From Eledone cirrhosa (lineage: Eukaryota), in assembly GCA_964016885.1 (NCBI GenBank), contig OZ024743.1:125364001-125428000 (forward strand): a DNA stretch of 64,000 nt. The letters are read 5' to 3'. This document shows positions 39,108 to 51,496 of this stretch, piece by piece. The notes beneath the pieces are model-generated. The model saw only the letters and a program-made list of their open reading frames with translations, was not told the origin of the DNA and did no database searches. How positions within the stretch are numbered: position 1 is the first letter of the stretch; each line of letters opens with the position of its first letter. The position numbers were made by a program, and so were the translations under genes.

Positions 39108-39847
39108 CTGCAATGAAAAAAGAAAAAAAAAAACAGAAATTAACAATCATTGTTTAACGTTCAATTTTTCCTTCTAGTAATGATTGGATAGGTCGTCACT
39201 GGCTAAATTAGTAGTTCATCAGTGATACTGACCTCTCAGATAACCTGAGGGGCCATATCTTACTTACATTCCTGCACGCAACAGAGTGCACTGGGTGCAG
39301 TTTATCATGGCAATGACACTAATGAAGTTGTCATATCTTTGACACAACTGAAGAGTCCTTCTGACCCTTTACTTGGAAAGTGTTGTATGATTAAATGACC
39401 TTCCTAACACCAACTCCTTTACAGGGTGTACTGGGTACCTTTATCATGTAAATCACCAACACTAAGAAGGTTGTCATTTGAATATATCCATGTATGAAAT
39501 ATTTTACTTATTTATCTTTTTGTTTTATATATTTCATATATCAATGTCTGAACAATAACATCATTAGTTACAGGTGTGCAATGGTTCAATCACTGGTACC
39601 CTGACATTTCTGGTAATGACAGTCACCAGGGAACATATGTAACTCTGTGTATTTCATTTGGATACAAATTGTTTATCCTCACTTTATTTAGTCATCTGGT
39701 GTTTAACCCTTTTGTTACCACTGCTAAGAATTTTTGAATAATTTTGAGAGGTTTAGTAATATAACTAACTTTCTCATTATTAAGGTGGTGTTTGGAGCAT
39801 AATTTAACAAAGATTCTTACATAAAATTATGATGGAAGATTTTTAGC

Positions 39848-41060
39848 GCTCTACCTGGCAGTTGTTGGTCTGGAAAAAGCCTTCGACAGAGTGCCCCGTG
39901 CTATAATCTGGTGGGCTCTTAGAAAACTAGGAGTAGAGGAGTGGCTTGTGAAGGCTGTACAAGCAATGTATAGAGGAGCAGTCAGCAAAGTTAGGGTTAA
40001 CAACGACTATAGCGAGGATTTAGTATACAGGTTGGTGTCCATCAGGGCTCTGTTCTTAGCCCTCTCCTGTTTATTATCGTATTGCAGACTATAACAGAGG
40101 AGTTTAAGACCAGATACCCATGGAAACTTCTGTACACAGATGATCTTACACTTATAGCTGAATCTATGGTGGAACTAGAGAAGAAATTTCAAACATGGAA
40201 GCAGGGTCTAGAAAGAAAGGATCTCAAAGTCAACCTGACAAAGACTAAGGTCCTCGTAAGTAGACAAGAATACAGAACCCAGATCCCCTCAGGGAAGTGG
40301 CCTTGCTCAGTATGCAGGAAAGGTGTAGGTAGAAATTCCATCCTCTGCCCCAAATGCAAACTATGAGTACACAAGAGATGTAGTGGGATCTCAGGAAGAT
40401 TAGTAAGAATGTAGGCTTTACATGTAGCAGTTACATCTACTTGCATAGATTAGAAAAAATGAAGCTTGCATGCTCCAATGAATGTGTAATAGTAATATAC
40501 GTGAACAGCAAAGCCTAAACAAATTGAGAGAGAAACTAGGCATAAGAAGAATCAAATGCTGTGTGCAGAAGAGATTACGCTGGTATGGACATGTGATGTG
40601 TATAAAGGATGACAGCTGCATAGAAAAGTGCAGAGCCTAAAAGTTGATAAAAGCTGATATTGCCCAATTGCACCTCCCAAAGGCAATGACACAGGACCGA
40701 GACCTCTGGCATTATGCAGTAATACAGAAGACCTGGCTTCCAACAGGTACAAGCCGAAGCTGAAGCATATAGACAGTATGCTCCCACGCCCTTCCCACTG
40801 TAAAGTGGTCATGTAGGTGTCTCGATAAAAAAAATCACCCAGTCTACACTGTAGAGTGGTCGTGTAGGTACCATGATAAAAAGCACCCAGTACTCACTGT
40901 AAAAGAGGTTGGTGTTAGGAAGGGCATCCAGCTATAGAAACCAAGCCAAAATCAGTTCTATATGAGCAAGACACAGCACCTGACCTGGCACTGCCCACAA
41001 CAGGACAACCCGTATAACCCATGCTAGTGAGGAAGAATGGACGTAAAATGATGATGATGA
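39848..41060 (+). mobile_element. Degenerate, internally deleted RTE LINE with long 3'UTR and (ATG)n tail
   Basis: LEKAFDRVPRAIIWWALRKLG and LLYTDDL peptides, multiple frameshifts, tail ggacgtaaaatgatgatgat. Confidence 0.88.
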
Positions 41061-41325
41061 TAAATATTCATTAACCACAAACAAAAATAGTCCTATGTTT
41101 TAAGGGCTCTGACATTCAAAAGTAATCCAAGAAATTATTTCCATTTAATTATGTCTTAATATATAGTATATAAAGTTTACAGATGCTTTAAAATAAATCA
41201 GTTTCTATGTAATGACCATCTCAGCTAAATTTTCTTCATGTAAGCTCTTTGGAATTACAATTTGTTTATGAAATATGTTGGCTTCTGTTAGATAGTTATG
41301 TTAAGATGTATAAAATTTCTTTCAT

Positions 41326-41996
41326 TAGCTACCTCCCAATATTCTAATGCTCTTTCCCAAGCTAGCTCATAAATTCTAACTCTCTTTCATTAGCTAGCTC
41401 TCAAATTCTACCTCTCTTTCACTAGCTAGCTCCCAAATTCACGTCACTTTCACTAGCTAGCTCCCAAATTCACCTCTCTTTCACTAGCTAGCTCCCAAAT
41501 TCACGTCACTTTCACTAGCTAGCTCCTAAATTCACCTCTCTTTCACTAGCTAGCTCCCAAATTCACGTCTCTTTCACTAGCTAGCTCCTAAATTCACCTC
41601 TCTTTCACTAGCTAGCTCCCAAATTCACGTCTCTTTCACTAGCTAGCTCCTAAATTCACCTCTCTTTCACTAGCTAGCTCCCAAATTCACGTCTCTTTCA
41701 CTAGCTAGCTCCTAAATTCACCTCTCTTTCACTAGCTAGCTCCCAAATTCACCTCTCTTTCACTAGCTAGCTCCCAAATTCACGTCTCTTTCACTAGCTA
41801 GCTCCTAAATTCACCTCTCTTTCACTAGCTAGCTCCCAAATTCACCTCTCTTTCACTAGCTAGCTCCCAAATTCACCTCTCTTTCACTAGCCAATTCCTA
41901 AATTGACGTCTCTTTCACTAGCCAGTTCCTAAATTTTACCTCTCTATCAGTAGATACCTCCTAAATTCACCTCTCTTTCACTAGCTAGCTCCCAAA
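41326..41996. repeat. 31-bp minisatellite, about 21 copies
   Basis: Unit ctagctagctcc(c/t)aaattcac(c/g)tctctttca, with degenerate edges. Confidence 0.95.
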
Positions 41997-42309
41997 ATGC
42001 TCTCACAATTCCCATTGCACCCCACTCCACACATTTCCTGGGGGAAAAGTTTGATTTGCTCCCTTTACTAAAACCCAATCTTAGAAGTCTCTTCTCTAGC
42101 TATATGTAGTCCATAGATATGTTTTTGTATATGTATACACATATATGTTTACTTTATGTCAAATACGTATATATTTTTATGCGTATGTATATATTTATCT
42201 TGGTTGGCATGTACATGCATGTATGGGGAGAGCCTGCATCATACATTCATGTTCATGCAGTTAAGTATGAATATACTCTTACAAATGTTTGATGTTTGGC
42301 TGTGTCTTT

Positions 42310-44028
42310 ATCATCATCATCATCGTTTAACGTCTATCTTCCACGCTAGTATGGGTTTAGATGGAAATTGTCCCACGTGAGGCAATATTGGTTGTCTTGC
42401 TCGTATAGGACTGTCTGGTGGGTTTTCTACGGCTGGATGCCCTTCCTAACACCAACCACGTTTACAGTGTGGACTGGGAGGTTTTTACCGTGTTACCTAC
42501 ACGGCCACATTACAGCGTGGACTGTGTGTTTTTGTCATGACACCTACACGACCTCATTTATTTAGGACTGGATGTTGTGGCACCAACATGACTTTACAGA
42601 GAAAGGGGTGGTGTAGGTGGGGGTGAGGGTAGGGGTAGTGGGATGGAGGTGTATTTTTGGTTAGGAGGTGCCTACTGACTGTAGATTTCGCTTTGTACTT
42701 AGGCAAGGTGGATCTTCTGTATTACTGCGTAGCACCAAAGATCTCGGTCCAGTGACATTGTCTTGGAGAGGTGTAAATGTGTAAGGTCGGAATTTATCAA
42801 ATCGTCCCAGGTTTTTCTGGGTCTGTCTACTCCGTAGCTTCCATCTATTTTTATCGCCCTGCACTTTTTTATACAGCTGTCGTCTTTCATGCGCATCACG
42901 TGGCCATACCAACGTAGTCTTCTCTCGAGTAAACAGCATCTGATCCCTCTTATTCCTAATTTCTCACTTAGTTCATTTATGCTTTGCCATTCATGTATAT
43001 TACTATTACACATCCAGCGGAGCATGCAAGCTTCGTTCCTCTCCAGTCTGCGCAGATCCTCTGCACACAATACCCATGTCTCACTGCCATGTATCATTGC
43101 TGTTCGTATGCAGGCATCATACAGTCTGCCTTTCATTTTTAGGGAGAAACCTTTAGCGGCCAATAGTGGTATAAACTCTCTGAACTTTTTCTATCCCGTT
43201 CTGACCCTAGCTGTACTTTCAGAGCACCCTCCACCACTGCTGATTTTGTCACCCAGGTAACGGAAGGTGTCCACTATTTCTATAGAACCATCTGGGCAAT
43301 GGAAGGAGCTAGTATCCTGTGGGCACTTGCTACTTATTGCACCTGAGCACCGGCCACATATAAAATCTATGTTCTTAGTTAGTTTACCTGTGATCCCATT
43401 ACATCTTTTATGCACCCATACTTTGCATTTGGGACATAAAATGGAGTTTCTGCCTACTCCTTTCCTACACACTGAGCATGGCCATTTCCCAGAGGGGACC
43501 AGTGCCCTATTTTCCTTCCTACATACTAGAACTTTAGTCTTAGACAAGTTAATTTTAAGGCCTTTTGATTCTAGGCCATGCTTCCAAGTTTGGAATTTCT
43601 TCTCTAGTTCAGCCATTGATTCAGCTATGAGCGTTAGATCATCTGCGTATAGAAGTTCCCATGGGCAGCTGGTCTTGAACTCCTCTGTTATAGCCTGAAG
43701 GGCAATAATAAATAGGAGGGGGCTAAGGACACAGAGCCCTGATGAACACCGTCTTTTACGCTAAACTCTTCACTATATTCGTTGTTAATTCTAACCTTGG
43801 TGACTGTTTCTTTATACATGGCTTGTATAGCTCTCACAAACCAGTCATCAACACCTAATTTTCTAAGAGCCCACCAGATAATGGAGAAGGGGACTCTGTC
43901 AAAGGCTTTCTCCAAGTCAACAAAAGCTAAGTATAGGGTTTACTTTTAGCTAGGTACTTCTCCTGTAGTTGTCGTACAAGGAAAAGAGCGTCTGTGGTAC
44001 TTTTACCTGACACAAACCCGAACTGCAT
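42310..44028 (-). mobile_element. 5'-truncated RTE LINE (frameshifted) with 3'UTR and (ATG)n tail
   Basis: ORFs 43688-43915, 43191-43616 and 42699-43163 are near-identical in peptide to the 553-aa ORF at 51497. Confidence 0.93.
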
Positions 44029-44349
44029 TATATGTATGTATATATACACAAGTACATAATATGCATGGTTGTGTAAGAGTGAACACATTCTCTATCAGGA
44101 AGGAGGAAGTTATTCACAAACCAGAGACCTGTCTAGATGCTTGCAATAGAAAGGAATCTATGAAAAACACTCAAATGCCAGGTGATGATGTTAAACCAGA
44201 CAACCAAAGATGGTGTCATTGTTGTTGCTTTTATTGTCAGTGCCAACTGGGTACCCTTCCCGCCTCTGACCACATAATAATAAAATAGGAGTGGAACTGT
44301 TTTTGTCAGTCAAGCATGGTGCAGAGTTGTATGAATAACACATTTAACA

Positions 44350-44660
44350 TATCATTACCATCACCGTTTTACATCCATTCTTCCACGCTAGCATGGGTTA
44401 GATGGGTTGTCCTGTTGTGGGCAATGCCAGGTCAGGTGACCATCTCTTGCTCATATGGAACTAATTTTAGCTTGATTTCTACAGCTGGATGCCCTTCCTA
44501 ACACCAACCTCATTTACACTGAGTACTAGGTGCTTTTTTTTCCATGGCACCTACACGACCACTTTACAGTGTGGACTGGATGATTTTTTTGTTGTGACAC
44601 CTACACGACCACTTTAGAGGGGGAGGGGGACATACTGTCTATATGCTTCAGCTTCGACAT
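44350..44660 (-). mobile_element. RTE 3'UTR fragment
   Basis: Matches 54855-55160 and the reverse complement of 40750-41060. Confidence 0.8.
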
Positions 44661-44789
44661 AAAGGTTTAAAATAATGGCAATGTGATTAGTAGTCCATCA
44701 TCCTAGCCTGATTATCATTGTTTTCTTAATCATCATCATTAACATTGTTTTTATTGCTGATTTTCCTTGCTGACAAGGATTGAACAGGA

Positions 44790-45143
44790 ATTCTTTTAGG
44801 TTGCATAACTCAGAAATGAAGGAGTTGAGCCATGGAGAGTCACTACCTCTTCTCATCAAGAGATCATAGTTCTGGTACTACAGCCATCGGGTACTACAGA
44901 CATGTGATTAGAATGTCTAAGAAAAGAATTGTTGAACAGATTTTATTGGCAAAGCCAACTGGTAGGAGACTGAGAAGTACAGCACAAATAAAATGGTTGG
45001 ATAACATCTGTAGGGTCAGCTGGTCTCGCTTGGGGATCCAGCCATATCATTGGAGATGGTTACTTCGATAGGACCCTCTGGAAGGCATATCTGAGAACTA
45101 TGTCCCCATAACCCTCCCAGGAATAAGTGGGGGAAGAAGAAGA
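44790..45143 (+). mobile_element. 3' end of a different RTE-like LINE with a (GAA)n tail
   Basis: YYRHVIRMSKKRIVEQILLAKPTGRRLRSTAQIKWLDNI resembles the WFGHV.RM...R.P...L......R.RGRP..RW.D.I consensus. Confidence 0.6.
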
Positions 45144-45614
45144 AAAATGCTTTATAGCCAGATGCTTTTCCTAATGCCAACCTTCTTAGTCACCTCTCAC
45201 AACATGCAGGTATGTGATACACCTATTCTATTGTTCTAAAGACCAGGATATACACAGCATCTTATTCCATTATTATAATTCCATTCCCATCTTGGATATT
45301 TTATAAAAAATATTACACCGACCCTAATACATGACTGGTATTTTATTTTATCCACCCTGGAAGGTTACATAGTTAACCTCAGCAAGATTTGAACTAAGAA
45401 CTTAAAGGGTCATAACTAAATACCACAGGCATTTAGTCTGACACACGAATGATTATGCCAATCCACTAGTATTTGACAAACACTTTATTTTTGTTGATCT
45501 CAGCAGAATTTAACTCTTACCCTGCTATATTTCTATGTATGATTTTCAAATAATTTTGAAAGTATTCAACAATTTGGAAAGACTGAGTAATATAACTAAC
45601 TTTCTCGTAATTAA

Positions 45615-45832
45615 CCCTTTAGCATTTATACCGGCTGTATCCGGCCAAAATTATCTCACCTCTTTCTGCTCAAACTGGCTGTATCTGGCTGCTCATACTG
45701 ATGTTAAGGTATTGTTCTCAAAATAAATATCAAAATCTCATAGATTCAATATTATGCGAGATAATTATGTGAGGTAAAGCCTTTTCCATGAAAATGTGAT
45801 AGTAAATATAGAGTAATGTAAATGCTAAAGCG
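45615..45832. mobile_element. piggyBac-type MITE nested in a second TTAA-ended repeat (~45515-45982)
   Basis: TTAA|ccctttagcattta ... taaatgctaaagcg|TTAA. The related host repeat at 39703-39845 shows the empty site with a single TTAA. Confidence 0.85.
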
Positions 45833-46004
45833 TTAAGTTAGTGTTCAGCCCATAACTTAACAAATGTTCTTACATAAAATTATAATGAGAGATTTTTTTT
45901 TCAATAAATATATACACTTTAAAATAAACAGTTTTGTATTCTAGAAAAAGTGGTTGTTTCAGACATTTCAGTATGAAAAGGGTTAATAAATACTGTTAAC
46001 TCAC

Positions 46005-46160
46005 CTTGAAATACATTGGTGCCATAGCACCATCTTCCATGTCTACAGGTACACACTCAATATGAGCATGAGGAAACCTGTGTAAGTGCATGCTAGTCTC
46101 CAGAAATATTGAATCTTTCTTTACTTTTTGAAACATCTTTACTAAAGCTGCCTTGAATGT
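46005..46160 (-). CDS. CWF19L2: CWF19L2 internal coding exon (52 codons, phase 0/0)
   Basis: Flanked by ttacttacag|ACA and AAG|gtgagt. Translates TFKAALVKMFQKVKKDSIFLETSMHLHRFPHAHIECVPVDMEDGAMAPMYFK (conserved IFLET, EC.P and MAP.YFK motifs). Confidence 0.93.
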
Positions 46161-46662
46161 CTGTAAGTAAAGAATCACCAAAAATTAGTTGATAACATTA
46201 TTTTGTTAATTGATGACAACAACCACTGTTGCCACTATTTTCCAATGAGTTGGATGGGTATTCTACGCAAAACAATTTGCATATTTCTGAATATTTCATT
46301 TTAGAAGATTTTTTTATATTTTAGATAAATAGTAATGGTCCTCATATTGTCAAATATATTTTATATTAATTAAACAAAAATAATAGTCTACAAAAGATTT
46401 ATTTGGCATGGTTGAATGGGTCATTATGGTCCAAGTCAGAATCATGTCTTGTCCGCTGCAAGGTTAACCCTTTAGCTTTAAAACCGGCTGTATCCAGCCA
46501 GAATTATCTCAGCTCTTTCTGTTCAAACTGGCCATAACTTGCTACTCATACTTATGTTAAGATATTGTTTTCAAAATAAATAATATCAAAATCTCATAGA
46601 TTCGATATTATGCGAGATATTATGTGAGATAAAGCCTTTACCATGAAAATGTAACTTATATA

Positions 46663-47152
46663 CAGGGTGTTTCAAAAAGAATGACCCAATTTTAAACAGC
46701 TATATTTATTACAAATTCATGCAGACTCAAACAATTTCATATTCCAGCAAGAGGGAACACCGCCACACTGGCACAAGGAAGTGTGGAGCTTCCTCAATGA
46801 CATCCTTCCACAACGCTGGATAGGGCGTGCAGGATTTCAAGACAAGGCCTTACACTCATATCCTCCAAGATCTCCAGACATAACACCCTGCTAGTAACGT
46901 CGATGAGCTTAAAGGCAGGATAGCAGCAGCAGTAGCTTCAATCGAAAAAAATAGCTTGCGACGTGTGTGGGACAAATTTAGTTATCATCTGATGTCGTCC
47001 TTGCAGCTAGTAGAGGACACACTGAGCATTTGTGATAATGCTTTTGAAACTTTGTTTTTGTTAGTATTTTGAACTTTATTTCATTACTGTAAAGCGTTTT
47101 TTGTAATAAATATAGCTGTTTAAAATTGGGTCATTCTTTTTGAAACACCCTG
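46663..47152 (+). mobile_element. 490-bp internally deleted Tc1/mariner element (rosa/DD41D-like remnant) in the Helitron 5' end
   Basis: TA-flanked ~53-bp perfect TIRs cagggtgtttcaaaaagaatgacccaattttaaacagctatatttattacaaa. Remnant peptide FIFQQEGTPPHWHKEVWSFLNDILPQRWIGR...PPRSPDITPC. Confidence 0.88.
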
Positions 47153-48109
47153 TATAATATAAAAGAGAGATGTTTCTTGGTTGGCTGAGCGCAACCAAGA
47201 TGCCATGGCATATGTAAGAAAATTTGGTTGTCCAGATCTTTTCATTACATTTGCATGCAATCCTACGTGGCCAGGAATTCAAAATGAACTGTTTAAACAC
47301 CAATATGCAAAATATAGACATGACATCATTGCCAGAGTTTTTAATGAGAAATAGAAGATCTTGATGTGGCTGCTAAAAGATGGACACATCTTTGGCAAAC
47401 TAAGATGTTGGTTTTACACTATTGAATGGCAGAAAAGAGGTCTTCCTCATTCCCATATACTAATTTGATGTTCAGACCACATTCACTCAGATCAAATCGA
47501 CAAAATCATAAGCGCCGAATTGCCCGATCCTGACAAAGACTCAGAACTATTTGCCATTATCTCAAAACAAATGATACATGGTCCATGTGGCAGTATCAAC
47601 CCTAAGGGTGGGTACATGAGAAGTAACAAATGTGAAAAAAGATATCCAAGGCCTTTTCAACAAGAAACCTTAACTGGTGATGATGGATATCCTCAGTACT
47701 GACGGAGAAGCCCTCACTGTGGTGGAAAAACTGTTTATCAAGATACGAGGTCAAGACCTTCAGGTTGGTAACAATTGGGTCGTTCCCTACAAAATCCTTG
47801 ATGCTCACATCAATTGTAAGTACAACACATCAGTTAAGTATGTTTGTAAATATGTCAACAAAGTTAGTGATATGGCAACTTTTACTGTTGGTGGCGATAA
47901 CCAATTAAATGAAGTTAAAACATACTTAACAAGGAGATATATTTCTAGCAATGAAGCCATGTGAAGAATCTTTGGTTTTGTCATACACAATAGACATCCA
48001 GCGGTAGTGAACCTTACAGTCCATTTGGAAAATGGTCACTGAAGAAAATGCACAATTGATTACAGCGTCTCCTCCAGACATAACGCTTACTGCTTTTTTT
48101 AAGCTTTGT

Positions 48110-48594
48110 ACAAAAGGCCGGTTATATGATGCCTGTGTGAGATGCGCGATGCTGCACGGTAGTGAGACATGGGCAGCAACTGCAGAGGATATGCGACAGC
48201 TGGAGAGAAATGAAGCAAGCATGCTCCGTTGGATGTGTAATGTCAATGTGCGTGAATGACCAAGCATAGATGAGTTGAGAGAGAAACTGGGTATAAGAGG
48301 GATAAGCTGTAGTGTGCAGGAGAGAAGACTGTGATGGTATGGACATGTGATGCACATGGAGGATGATCGCTGGGTAAAGAAGTGCCAAGAAATACCAGTA
48401 GAAGGAAGATGCAGTAGAGGAAGACCACGAAAAACATGGGCGGAGGTGGTGAGAGCGGACCTCAGATCGCTCAAGTTCACGGAGGAGATGACGAAGGACC
48501 GTGACAAGTGGAGAGATGCTGTGCTGAATAGGACCCGTCCCACCCTTGCAAGCAAGGAAAAGCGGACGTAAAATGATGATGATGATGATGATGA
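48110..48594 (+). mobile_element. 5'-truncated RTE LINE (short-tail subfamily) inserted in the Helitron ORF
   Basis: KGRLYDACVRCAMLHGSETW...GRPRKTW and an (ATG)n tail. Removing it restores the Helitron peptide TLTAFFKLC|GEDAFVKTLLYHEVP. Confidence 0.92.
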
Positions 48595-51496
48595 TGTGGA
48601 GAAGATGCCTTTGTTAAAACCTTGCTTTATCATGAGGTTCCCACATTCTACACATGGAATAAAAAGAAATGGAGCAGACAAAAGATTGGCAACCATGTGG
48701 ATGGCTATCAAGACATCAATGCAAATGATGCAATAGGAAGAGTTTACACAGTCCATCCTAAACATAGGGAATGTTTCCATTTGAGGTTAATCCTTCACAC
48801 TGTTAGAGGGCCAACATCATTTGAAAATATCAAAATTGTACATGGAACTCCATGTGCAACGTATGCTGAAGCAAGTAAATTACTTGGCCAGCTTGAAGAC
48901 GGGGAATATTGGAATAAGACATTGGAAGGGGCGGCTGCCACACAAATGTCTAAAAAGCTTCGACAGCTCTTCGCTGTAATGCTCACTACGTGCAATATTT
49001 CAGAGCCCTTGAGTCTCTGGGAAAGCTATAGGAAAGACTTGTCGGAAGATATATTGCACAGGATCAAACTTCAAAACACTGGCATTAATGTAGATTTTTC
49101 TCCACCTATCTATAATGAAGCTCTGACAGAAATTAACAACCACCTGAGTGAAATTGGCTGGTCCCTTAAGGATTACAGTTTACCAGAACCTGAGGACACA
49201 GTTGCATACTCTATTACACAGGATATATTAAAGGAGATGAATTATGACATCAACAAGCTTACACAATATGTCAATGAAAATAAAGAAAAGCTGATTGAAG
49301 ATCAAAGAATTGCTTATGAAAAAATATTGACAAGTATAGGCCAGAAAGAAGGAGGCCTTTACTTTTTGGATGCTCCAGGAGGAACTGGTAAAACCTTCAC
49401 AATAAATCTTATATTGGCAAAAGTAAGGCAGCAAAAGCAAATTGCTTTGGCTGTTGCATCAAGTGGTATTGCTGCTACCTTACTTGAAGGAGGCAAAACA
49501 GCACACTCAACATTCAAGTTGCCATTGAATGTCACAAGAGAAGAATCTCCTTCGTGCAATATCAAAAAGAACACACCAAAAACAAAGCTTTTAGAGAAAT
49601 GCTCCGTGATCATATGGGATGAGGCCAATGGCACATAGAAAGTTACTTGAGTCTCTGGACCATTCTTTAAGAGACATTAAAGGATGTAATGAAATTATGG
49701 GAGGAGTAACGATTGTGTTTGCTGGTGACTTCAGACAGATTTTCCCCGTCATTTCTAAAGGCACAAGAGCTGATATTGTAAACGCTTGCATCAAAGTCTC
49801 AACTATATAGCAACAAGTCCAGCGATTACCCTTGAGGACAAACATGAGAGTGCAGTTGTACAATGATGCAGAAATTGATACATTTGCAAAACAGCTAATT
49901 AAACTGGGTGATGGAAATCTGCAACAAGATAAAGATGGAGAAGTCAACCTTCCATTTGGAAATGTCTGTAATACAACAAATGAACTAATTGATCAAGTAT
50001 TTCCAAATGTTGCCTCAAATTATATCAATCAATCACGGCTGTTTGAGCAAGCGATTTTAATATCAAAACATAATATGGTAAATCAGATCAACCAATGCCT
50101 ATTGGATACGCTCCCAGGGGAGGTTCATACATGTCTCCATTGACAAGATTGAAAAGGATGACGAAGCTGTTAATTATCCTGTAGAGTTCCTTTATAGTTT
50201 GGAACTTCCTGGACTTCCTCCACACAAATTAACACTAAAGATTGGAACTCCCATCATCCTTTTGGGAAACCTGGATCCACCACGTCTATGCAATGGCACA
50301 CGCTTAACAGTAAGGCAGATGATGAAACATCTCCTAGAGGTCACTATTCTTAGAGGCAATCATCAAGGCGAAAATGCATTTATTCCAAAGATTTCACTTA
50401 TCCCTTCCTCTACCGAACTACCATTCAAATTCTGAAGACTTCAGTTCCCTATTAGAGCCAGCTTCACTATGACCATAAATAAAGCTCAGGGTCAGAGTCT
50501 CCGAGTTCTAGGATTGGATCTGAGAGAATTAGTTTTTACCCATGGGCAGTTATGTGTTGGTTGTTCACGAGTGGGAACATCTAGAAATCTTCATATACTT
50601 TGCACGAACGGTAAAACAAAGAATCTGGTGTATCTGGAAGATTTTTTACTTTTTTTGTCACACACACCACAGCCTTGCGTCATACTGTAAACCAGACAAT
50701 GCATCCAATACAGTCGTTTTCTCTTCTACCTGTCTTCTCTTAACTGTTCACCCGGGTGAAGCCGGGTACCTCAGCTAGTAGTGTATATAAAGTAATGTAA
50801 ATGCTAAAGGGTTAAAGAAGGGCAATGATGGCCAAAAGATTGAAAGAGAAAAGCATATAATATGAGTGGAAACAGAATGAAAGAAGAGGTACAGTGGTGG
50901 GTATATTGTTGGATGGAAATCAAGTAGAAAACAGCATGAACATCATTATCATCATAACCATTTAGCGTCCATTTTATATGTTTGCATGGGTTAGATGTTT
51001 CGTCCACGTTGGGAGACAAGTCTGGCCAGAATTGGCCACGACGTACCTTGCTCCGACGAGGACTGTAAATTTGGCCAAGTATTTTTACAGCTAGCTGCTG
51101 TTCCTAACACCAACCACATTTACAGTGTGACAGTGTGATGGAATATCAATAGGGATGTGTCATGGTGGGAGAGAGTAAGTGATGGATAGCAACAGATGGT
51201 GAGAATAGTAGATGTCAGTTAAGAGTCTCCTAAGGGAAAGAGAGGATGATGGTTAGTGGTAGAGGGTGACAGTATTGAATAATGGCTATCAACAGATATG
51301 AGTAATTATAAGTGAAAGCGGTATGTGTCAACTAAGAGTTTTAACAATATTAGAGCCATAAATAGAAATTGTTAATACAATAATAATTTGGGGAAAGGTC
51401 AAAGCAGCAAATTAATTGAAGAATATTGTTAATTACATCTGGTAATAGTGAAATTATATATGTCTCCCCCATATCGACCCAATAGAGGGACCAGCA

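Larger units (their letters stand above)
46655..50778 (+). mobile_element. Internally deleted Helitron with a pseudogenised Rep/PIF1-helicase gene
   Basis: Rep motifs PDLFITFACNP, IEWQKRGLPHSH and YVCKYVNK. Helicase motifs DAPGGTGKT, IIWDEA, GDFRQIFPV, LCNGTRL and MTINKAQGQSL. 3' hairpin acccgg-N6-ccgggt followed by CTAG|T, inserted at A|T with no TSD. Confidence 0.95.
46468..50811. mobile_element. piggyBac-type MITE split by a Helitron insertion (arms 46468-46654 and 50779-50811)
   Basis: TTAA|ccctttagc...catgaaaatgtaa // tagtgtatataaagtaatgtaaatgctaaaggg|TTAA rejoins to match the copy at 45615. Confidence 0.85.

Noticed and set aside
41326-41996. CRISPR-like array
   Set aside because: Contiguous 31-bp units with no unique spacers, in a eukaryotic context with no cas genes.
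48622-50690. Host PIF1 helicase gene
   Set aside because: Intronless, with stops and frameshifts, fused to Rep motifs and bounded by a Helitron hairpin-CTAG end.
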